Origin: Octopus vulgaris
Taxonomy: Eukaryota
Direction of reading: 5' to 3'
Assembly: GCA_951406725.2 (NCBI GenBank)
Contig: OX597827.1
Span: 55,800,001-55,864,000 of the forward strand
DNA: 64,000 nt
How positions within the stretch are numbered: the stretch's first letter is position 1; each line of letters opens with the position of its first letter. The position numbers were made by a program, and so were the translations under genes. The notes beneath the pieces are model-generated. The model was not told the origin of the DNA. It saw only the letters and a program-made list of their open reading frames with translations, and searched no databases. Below are positions 53,931-64,000 of the stretch, one piece after another.

Positions 53931-56900
53931 TCAACAAAGAGGAGAAGTGTAAGAAAAGAGTTAATGAGAGAAAAATAGTAAAAGAGAGAGATTGAAAAGA
54001 AAGCAATTTGTAAATATTAAAAAATAAGAAAACATGAGAAAAAAGCAACCAGAAATTCTTGACCAATGTAAAAGCCACCTTATAAATGATTTTGAGACAT
54101 GAAAATAATGCTATGTTAAAAAAGAATTGATAATTGGTAGTGGTAAATAAAGAGCAAAGAGGAAAATCAGTTTTGAAAGCAAGCATGCACAAAGAACACA
54201 ATTAAAAGTTGGACTAGGAGAGTTATGAAAGCAGAAGCATGCATAAAATCATTTCCCCTAAACCATTAATTAGATTTTATTTCTTGTAATTCTGAAAGAA
54301 ATATGAGATTTAAAAGCCAGAAGAATTAGATGAACAAAGCCTGGTTAATTTCTTTTACTCCTAATGGAAAAAAAATATCTGACCCGACACAAATCAAAAA
54401 TATTAATTCCAGATATGAGATAAAGAGAAAGGTATAAGTAATATGTTGTAGAGAGTGCTAGGAGGCAAAATCTGTGAATATTTCAAGGTCTAGAGAATAG
54501 AAGGGAGCTGACAAACCTTCAGTTGTGATACTTGGTCATAAAATCGATTCTGAGAGGGCTACAGGAAGAAAAATACAAAGTATCATAACAGTAAGAAAAT
54601 GTCTGCCTTCAAGATGAGACAAGTGACAGAAAGCTAACTGAGAGTTATGAATGGTTGTTTAGTTTACTTTCAGAGGAATTCTACTTCTGAAACAAAATAA
54701 CACTTACAATGAGTATATTATTTTATTATTTATGTATCAACTTCTGCCAAGCAGATCAAGTTACAACTTCTTTATACTTTTTATTAGGTGTGAAACCTTA
54801 AAGAAGTTATAGCGTGAAACCTTGAAAAAGTTATAGCTCCTATGTTTATCAATAGATATTAGCCAGATAAGTGTTTTATGAAAGACTGAGAAATGATAGG
54901 GCACAAGAGAAATACACTTGAAAGAGCAAATGTAAAACTATCAGAAAACTCAGCGACTGAATGATTGATATGCATCAAGAAAAGCCAATATCTATAAACC
55001 ATTTTTACCAACAGTGAAATGCTACATTAGTTCTCTTTGGACAATTCATTGACATTTCAGTGTTTTATGCAATCATATGACACAAATTAAAGAAAATATG
55101 ACTAAGTAAGGGCGATAAGACTGTTAAAAGATTTAAGAACCTTCAAACTGTGAGAAGAAATCATGACAATGATGACAGAAAATAGAGCAGACGAAAACTC
55201 TGCTAGTTCCCAAGATTTCCTAATCAAAACATAAACTGGTTGATTATTAGGGAACAACCCAAGTTTTTAATAAGAACAGATGTATAAAATCCTTTGGATT
55301 ACTAGAATGCCGCTGATAATCCATCCTTATGTACTTTACATAGAACATATAAATCTAGCACATCTCTCAAAACTAAACTCATGAAAAATCTTGACAGCAT
55401 CATTCTACACTCTGAGTTCAAATCCTACCAAGAATGAGTTTGCCTTTCATCATTTGGATACAATAACTAAATACCAGTGATACGCTAAAGTCACATTGTT
55501 TTGAAATAAACACACATTATCTTGTAGCCTCAAGATTTCAGTAGTGTGTTTGTATATTTTAAGAATGACAGTGTAGTATAGGTGTGAGAAGTTGGATCTG
55601 GTCAGTTTTAACATTAAACATGTAGAATATTTGAGCCGGATTAAATGCTAAAGAGTTAAAGAATCAGTATCAGAGTCAGTAAATCTTTCTCATAAACTCT
55701 GTGTTTTTTTTTTCATTTAATATTCTTTTATTCTTTTACTTGTTTCAGTCATAAACTTAGAGGGGACAAACAAGGACAGACAAAGGGATTAAGTCGATTA
55801 CATCGACCCCAGTGTGTAACTGGTACTTAATTTATCGACCCCAAAAGGATGAAAGGCAAAGTCAACCTCGGCAGAATAAGAACTCAGAACGTAACGGCAG
55901 ACAAAATACCACTAAGCACTTTGCCCGGAGTGCTAACGTTTCTACTAGCTCACCACCTTGTGTGTTAATTTAGTACATAATCTTCCTTTTTAAGATGCAA
56001 ATTGTAATTATTTTGGTCATGTGCAAATGATACTTTTGTAAGTGAAGAATACTAATGAACATTAAACTATATAATGAAAACTTGAATGACTCTCTAGAAA
56101 TAAGGTTCAATTAGGGCAAGACACCAAAAGGAAGTAGCTTTTTTTTTTATAGACATTAATGATAAAGTCGCTTGAGTAAGTTTCTTAGCCTTATGTACAT
56201 TAAGTAAACAAATATACTTCTCAAGATAACAATCTCAAGAAACCCATACATCAAATTCAACACAAAGGAACATTTGAATTCCCTAAAATATAAGGAGGCA
56301 ACAGCTGTGAATTAAACAAGACTTTAGTTAAAAATGGGCTTTTTTTCAATAGATACATTAACATAAAAACTAGGAATTTCATGCACTCTAAAAAAACAGC
56401 CAACTTACCAACAAAACAAAAGAAGCTTGTAGTCAACAAAGATTATCAACAAAAATCATGCTATATTCTAAAGAAACTTTCAATGCAAAACACAACATGC
56501 AGGAATTACAAGGACCAAATAATAATATATTTTGATCAGGCCAATCTAATTTTCCTAAGAGAGATGTACAATCAATTGAATCAGCCTTCAATATATTACT
56601 TGTACCTATTTTATCAAACCTAAGTAGAAGAAAAGCAAAATTAACTTTGGTATGACTTGAACTCCAAGTGTAAAAGAATGGAACTAGATATATTAGAGCG
56701 ATAAGTCAAGTACTCTACATTTCCAACAACTTAAAAAAATATTTAATACAAAATAAAAATGCTGAGTTGAAATTTTAACTAACTTAACATACAGACACTA
56801 AGAAGTTCACAAATATGCTACCAGTGACTAATGTAATAAACATATTGGTTCAAAGTAAAAAAAAAAAAATGAAAGTTGGCTTTTATCTTGCAATAATTAC

Positions 56901-59359
56901 AGTGTTCACACATTTTACTCAAACACTAATACTGAAGGGGCAAAATACAACATAAAAAAAAAAAAATCAATGGAAATATATTATAAACAGACAGGTATCA
57001 TCAAAGACAATACGCGAATAAAAAAATATTCAAAGAATTTACCAACTCACACTCTTATATAACTCATCATACTATTTTCTTTAGCCAATTAATGAAAATG
57101 TTTCTCATTAAAACCTCACCTCAAGCTAACACTCCAGTGTTGCAAACCTTAGCGATAAAGTCACATGACATTGAAAGATCAATTTAATTACAACCTGAGA
57201 AAATCCATTATTCTAATTATACTAAACAATATTTTAGTCTATAGTTCAAGATACAAAAATGCAAAGTACCTACAATAACAAAAGCTTAAATTACAGAAAG
57301 TATATTTTAGGATTGATCAGTACCACAAAATATACATGGAGAATAAAATCAAATAAATTTATCCAACACTAGAATTGGCATGTATCATTTTGAAATAAAC
57401 AGAGTGAACAAAAATTTCAGTGAATATGACAGACTTTACTATCTTATTTACATATTGTTGGACTAACAAGCGTTTATAACTATAGAAGATCATAAACCTT
57501 CTCTAAAATTTTAGCAGCTAACATCCCCAAGGGTAATACAATCAATAATGTAAAGGCAATGAACTAAACAGCAAAACAGAAGTTATTTGAAAAATAAATA
57601 AATAAAAACCTGAAATTACGTAAGGGCAAAAAATAAATAAATAAAAAATGAAGTGCTTGCTATAATAAAATAAAAGAGAAGAAAGGGAAGAAGCAATGAC
57701 AAACCACACTGGAAATAACATATAATCTCACATAGTTTCCAAATTAACCTAGAAAAATGTCAGGATGAACCTGCTTAAAATCCGCTGCTGTATTTACTTC
57801 AAAGGAATGCAAACGTTTTTGATACAGCAATAACAATTTTGTTATAAAATATTTTAGTTGTTTAAGACAGAAAGAATGGGAGAGGATTATTTAGAGCTAC
57901 ATTTTGCTGAGCATGATATCTGTTGTATTGTATTTTTGTCACAAGACAGCTTGAGACTGAATATTGAGCTTCAGTGATTTTTTTTGCTTATTTTTTTTAT
58001 AATACTATCTTATCTTTTACTTGCTTTAGTCATTAGACAGCAGCCTTGCTGGGGAACTGCTTTGGTGAATTTTTAGCCAAATGAACTGACGCCAGTACTT
58101 ATTAATTTTTTAAAGCCTGGTACTTAATCTTTCAGGCTCTTTTGCCAAACCACTAAGTGATAGGGATGTAAACACACCAACACCAGTTGTCAAGCAGTGG
58201 TGGGGGACAAACACAGACCTGCATACACAATCACACACACACATAAACGTAGATGTTCTGTTAGAACAAACTATACTGCAGTAGATACTATGAGAAAAAT
58301 TCTTATATTGGCTTTTGGTGCAAAATGCACTTTTAATTCCTGCCACCTCCAGCACTGAAACCACAGATCATCTCTGTTTAAGTGGGGATAAATATAACTT
58401 TTGGTCCACAGATGTGCTGTTTCCTATCTTGATTTATTATATTAAAACAACACTGGCTTCCACTCCTCAAAATTAATTGCTTAACATCTCTGCAAAAGTC
58501 CAAACAATATACTGATTTCTCATCTCATTCCTCCATTCCACATCTCACTCACACCTTTCAGGCTTTCTGTTAATTACTTTGTCCAAATCTCAACCTGCAA
58601 TTGTCTAAGTTTAATACCAACCGTATCAATATCATTAGTCACAGTGTGTCTCCTTTTAACTAACCCATTGCAAAAGATAAACAGTTAATATTTTCACTCT
58701 AATCACTTAGTGGAGAGCTATAAAAATCAGCAATGAAAGAAGAAATTTGTATTGTGATGAAACTCAAAAATTCCAAGGAAGACACAAAAAATTTTCAGCA
58801 TAAGCCTATTATATAAAGAAATGAATGAATTTGTGTTCCATTCTCAGTTTTATTGTATAAATATTTATCTTGCTTTTTTTTACTCTTCAAAATCAACTGT
58901 AATAGTTGTTGGTGACATGCAAACATAACAGTGCTGATAAAGGAGACAAAATTATTGCAGCAACAGAAACAAGCATGCATATATATATACATTATCAGTC
59001 AGACACATTTGCATGTTGTTCATTTGTGTGTGCATGTGTGTCTGTGTATGTGTGTGTGTGTGCATGTGTGTGTGTGTGTGTGTGTGTGTGTACATATATA
59101 TATTATCTGATGAAATGGACGTACTACACACCCAGGACAGTTTAAGTCATATGGCACTGAATCAAACTATTATTAAAAATATATGCAGTTCCTACCAAAC
59201 TAATGCCACTTTCTTTCATTTGTCCACTCATTCAGTCATTTACACACACATTTCCATTGGTAAAAATGAACTCAGTATAAAAGTAGAGTGCAATAATTTA
59301 TTTAGGCAACCCCATTGGCCCAATACTTTGGAGCTTTCCTTATGTGGTTCTACCTCAAT

Positions 59360-60200
59360 GCCATACCAACCGCCCTCACACCATCTTGCCCTGTTTTGGG
59401 CATCCTCCCTTTTGAAGCCAACCCTCCCAATCTCTTCCTCCACATTTTCCTCAGTCCATCTCACTTTTGTAGTCCATTTACCTAAAAATCAAGCACCTTC
59501 CTCAGAACATGCTGCTCATCCCTTCTCAACACATGCCCATACCACTGCACTTCATTCACCTTGCTAGCTGTTCCACCAATTCCTCCAACCCCAGCATCCC
59601 CATCAAGTCCTCTTCTTATGAAATAGCTTCACACCACACATTTCTCTCACCATTGCTCTCTCAGTCCTTCTCAAAATTGTCATCTCTCTCTCAGACACCA
59701 TGTCTCACTCCCATACGGCATTGCAGCTCTCACACAACTCCTATAGACCCTTCCTTTCATCTTCAATGAGAACCTTTTCCCATATAACAATGCTCCACAA
59801 TCCCTGAACTTCACCCAGCCAAGTCTCGCTCTTGCTGTCACATCCACCACTTACATCCACCCTATCTCCCAAATAACAAAACCCTCTCACCATTTCCACC
59901 TCATCACATAACATTTCCACTGGTTCCACCAGCCCTCCAGCTCCTTTTTCACATCTTCCACAAACAAACTCTCTTGCCAGTTTTGGGGTCACCTACTTCA
60001 TTTTCGGACATCTACCATGAATCCATTTCTCATATCTCGTATACAACACTGCATTTGCCATTACCCTCCTTCCACATACCCACATGGATCCACCTTACTA
60101 ACTAACTAACACTTCTCCTTCGACCCTGCACACAATCACCTTTGGCTTACTGAAGTTTACTTTCAAAGCATTGCATTCAAATGCTTCCTTCCATTTCAGT
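59360..60200 (-). mobile_element. RTE-clade LINE 3' fragment
   Basis: Minus frames give zinc-finger-like FVCGRCEK, VEMVRGFCYLGDRV and C-terminal EDAQNRARW. Confidence 0.75.
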
Positions 60201-60736
60201 TTCTCTCTACAAATCCACTCACAAATGTTCAGTCAGCCCGGGGCTATGCCTAAGGTGCCAGCAGTGGCACTGAACCTGAAACGATGTGGTTGGGGAGCAA
60301 ACTTAACTACACAACAAATAACACACACACACACATATATATAACATAAATAAATAATATATGAATATATAATCTTTTCTACTCTAGGCACAAGGGCCGA
60401 AATTTTTGGGGGAGGGGCAGTCAATTAAATCGACCCCAATATGTGACTGGTACTTCATTCATCGACCCCCAAAAGGATGAAAGGCAAAGTTGACCTCGGC
60501 AGAATTTGAACTCAGAACGTCAAGTCATATGAAATACCGCTAAATATTTTGGCCAGCATGTTAACGTTTCTGCCAGCTCACCTTATAAATATATATATAT
60601 ATATATAATCATTGTCATCATTTAATGTCCATTGTGCATGCTGGCATGAGTTGGACAGTGTGACAAGAGGTGGCAACTTGGAAAGTTTGATTTGGCATGG
60701 CTTCTACAGCTGGATACCCTTCCTATCGCCAATATA

Positions 60737-60787
<51 letters not shown>

Positions 60788-60884
60788 TAGCGGCGTTGCT
60801 AGGTTTTAGGAATAACTATAAAGCATTTTTAGAGTTATAGCCAAAAATACAAATGGAAAAAATTATGGTAAATTTTTTTGAGAG

Positions 60885-60933
<49 letters not shown>

Positions 60934-63456
60934 CATATATTACATACATATACACATGTTATAATAGATACATTATATATGTGCATTATATTCAGTTTGA
61001 AATATTACTGTTCCTAAATCTATCAATATTAATCTATTAACATTTAAAAGATATTTCAGCTCTATCTTCAGAAGAAAAGGATTTATAAAATGCCATATTT
61101 TCATATACTTTACTTTGGGTTACAAAGGACCATGGTAGTGCCGGTGATTTTTTTTTTGTTCTTTCTTTGCTGGATTCATATATTATTCCCTAATTAAGTC
61201 TTGTAGTTTTTGTAGCAAATTTCAAATGTGCTGTATGTAAATCTGTCCTCATTTATCACTGGTTCAATCTTTACTGATCTGATATAACAGTACTCTCAAC
61301 TGTGAGCCATGTTATGTTCATTGTGTATTAATCTATGATTGCATGGGTTGGTGATCAGTCATATTTTTCTGCTTGCACTGCAAAAACACACCCCAGGGAC
61401 CACCCACAATACTCAGCTACCCAGAATGCTCTGTCTTGCTTGTGTTTATATGATTATGTTGCCAATTCACCCGGAGGAAGGAAATGTTTATATTGCGAAT
61501 CAAAGAATAAATATTTATACTGTTGAAGTTAATGGAAAATCTTGACTCTTTCTTCAATTAATATTTGATGTAAAGGATGTGAGCAGCACCCATCCAGTGC
61601 GGGAACCTCTCATCCTGTTACAGTTGTGTTGTATTTTTTATATGGATTTAAATACTCATACCCATCAACTTGGGACCAATGAACAGAAAAAATACAATAG
61701 TTCCTAATCATAACAAATGACATAGACAAGTGTATTCTCTACAGAAAAGGTAGAGATGATCAAGAAAATATGTAACTGTGTCAAGAATCACAGCTGTGAG
61801 CCATGGGTTGGGAGTCAATGAATCTACCACTCATTTCATTTACAAAATGCAAGGATATGATTCATTTATCACTGTGTTCTTTTTACTTTTTGCAATCAAA
61901 CCCCTGTGATAAATGAAGATAGACATATCACTGTGTTGATTTTTTTCTTTTTTGGCTTGTATTTTTTCTGTTAGCAAAACCTTCATCGACACATCAGCTT
62001 TATGGAATTGTAATGCTGTTGATTCCCGTTTTTCTATAATTTTTGTTTCATGTGCTGTATTGTAGTGTGTTGCACAACAATATTGTTGTGTGTTACACTC
62101 ATAGGCTCAGGAACAGGGTACAAGGTGGCTATGAAATTGCTCTGAGAATCTTCCTAAGAAACTTCATCACCAAAATGAACAAACAGAAACGATTTTTGAA
62201 CTGATTTGAAACATTAATTTTCCATTATTGGATTTGCCTGATTTGACTGATGTAAAAATATCATAATAACAACTATTATTTTACCTGTGTTTGTTTTGAT
62301 ATAAAGAGTGAAAAAAAATTGACCTTGCTTGTAAAAGATTTTGGAGATGGGTTTGCAACCCCAAAGTAAATTTTGTTCCTGCACTTATTGTTACACATCA
62401 AGGAGCCAACATGCAATCTATTTTTGTAGCTCATGCAACAAAAATCAATAAAAAACATTAGTTGACAATACTATAATGTTAGGTGTGTATGGAGGCTTTG
62501 CTAACAGTAAACTATAAGCCAAAAATCAACACATGAAATGAATTATATAAAGTACCGAACTAAACTGTTGAATAACTTTTAAATCTGGAGCTGAACTAAA
62601 AGAAAAGAAAGACAAAGAAGTAAAAATCACTAGCACTCCCCTGATCCTTTGTAACCTAATGCAAAGTATATGAAAAAAAAACACCATTCTAAAATTGTCT
62701 TATTCTGAAGATAGAGCCAAGAAAGCTCCCAAAACATTAATGGACTCATAATGGATTTAGGAATACTAATGTTCCAAACAGAACATAAAGAACTAAAAAG
62801 AAATATGAAAAATCTTCAATAATAAAAAAAAAAGCAAACTCATAATTGTGTCCTTAAAATCTACAAGATTTTCCATGACTGTATAATGAGAAGGTTGGAA
62901 TTTTACAAAGGAAAGAGACATCTGACAAAGTTCTTTACATCATCTTAATATGAAAAAGTGCATATATGTATGTTCCAAGTTTTAGGTCACAAGTTTGCTC
63001 CTAGCTGACTGAAATTTTGCATAAGGAAACAATCTTTTCAAGAAAAATGTCATAGGCTATAGCTTTAAAAGTTTTTTCAGCTTGTGCTGCTGGATAAGTC
63101 TTGATCATGATTTTGATGATAAGCCTTTTCATTTACCCATCACAACAAATCTTAGTATGATGTAATCAAAAAGTCAATAGTTTGTTCCAGACAGAATATC
63201 CTTCCTCCTACAGGGACAAAGGCCTGAAATTTTGGGGGAGGGAGTTAGTTGATTACATTGACCCCAGTGCTCAACTGGTACTTATTTCATTGAGCCCAAA
63301 AGGATGAAAAGCAAAGTTGAGTTCAGCAGCAATTAAATTCAGAACATAAAAGATGGATGAAATGCCACTAAGTATCTTGTCTAATGTGCTAACAATCTTG
63401 CCAGCTCACTGCCTTGTCCCAGACAGAATACAATATCAAATATTAAAATTGAAGTA

Positions 63457-63664
63457 GAGATGCAGCATGGAATTTTTATCAGTGAACAGGTCTCGGTCAC
63501 AAAGTGATGAAAATATTTTGACAAATTAAATTTAAATGTTGAAGTGAATCTAATGGTTTTTGTGTGTTTCTTAAATGGTTTATAAACACCTTCCACGCTG
63601 CAATTGTTTTCGTTCCAGCACACGATCTCAGATCAGGTCACTTGCTATGCGAGTCCATCTCTGT
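63457..63664 (+). mobile_element. Short insertion with 11-bp target-site duplication and degenerate hammerhead-like fold
   Basis: aaattgaagta occurs at 63446-56 and 63665-75; short inverted ends agagatg/catctct; internal tttatca...gtcac-aaa-gtgat GAAA atat TT tgacaaa. Confidence 0.55.
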
Positions 63665-64000
63665 AAATTGAAGTACTTTTTCCTAAAACATTCTCAAATT
63701 CAGTAACATTCATTTTTGTGGCTTCATTAACACTGTTAGTAATTACATTAAGCTCATTAAAAGTTTCATGTTTAAATGTATATCATTTAAGAGCAAAAAA
63801 AAAAAAACTCTTTTTTTTTCATTCCTACAGTTTTGATCATAGGTGATTAAATAAATAGAAATAATGTTCAGTTATCAGTATACTCTTGTTTTTAAACTAA
63901 GTGATGCCATATCATCATCATCATCATCACCATAAATTTGAGGTATTTTTTACCACGATAGGACTGATCTACATTATACCATCTCTCTAAGTGTCATCTA

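Noticed and set aside
54790-54838. Two tandem 24-bp units gtgaaacctt.aa.aagttatagc
   Set aside because: Simple local duplication with no further structure.
61045-61080. Minus-strand CTGAAGA-tagagct-GAAA
   Set aside because: Stem II is too short to close and there is no stem I complement.
61100-62500. Possible MULE-like transposase fossil (NWQHNH peptide on the minus strand)
   Set aside because: Single short motif, many stops, no TIRs identified.

Overview
AT-rich, microsatellite-laden eukaryotic genomic DNA. The SINE repertoire and (TA)n/(CA)n/(ATG)n density look like a coleoid cephalopod, probably Octopus (inference). Genes: the last two coding exons of CCDC186 (C10orf118) on the minus strand (53897-53748, 51767-51684); an unidentified minus-strand gene with two candidate alternative first exons, both ending in phase 2 (39089-38908 and 28809-28529), each in a CpG-retaining promoter-like zone; and a probable plus-strand terminal exon (47766-47850). 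Most of the rest is three SINE families, RTE/Tx1 LINE fragments, Tc1/mariner fossils, piggyBac/hAT/Tigger/Helentron-type MITEs and a CCA-tailed tRNA-Asp retrocopy. The most striking unexplained signal is a set of about 8 short non-coding elements, mostly unrelated in sequence. They carry type I hammerhead ribozyme motifs (CUGANGA...GAAA...UH), often sit in (TA)n tracts and often have fold-back inverted ends, as Penelope-like or retrozyme-type elements do. Two motifs have fully canonical cores (36294-36363, 40536-40596). Almost all ORFs in the supplied track are microsatellite or SINE artefacts.
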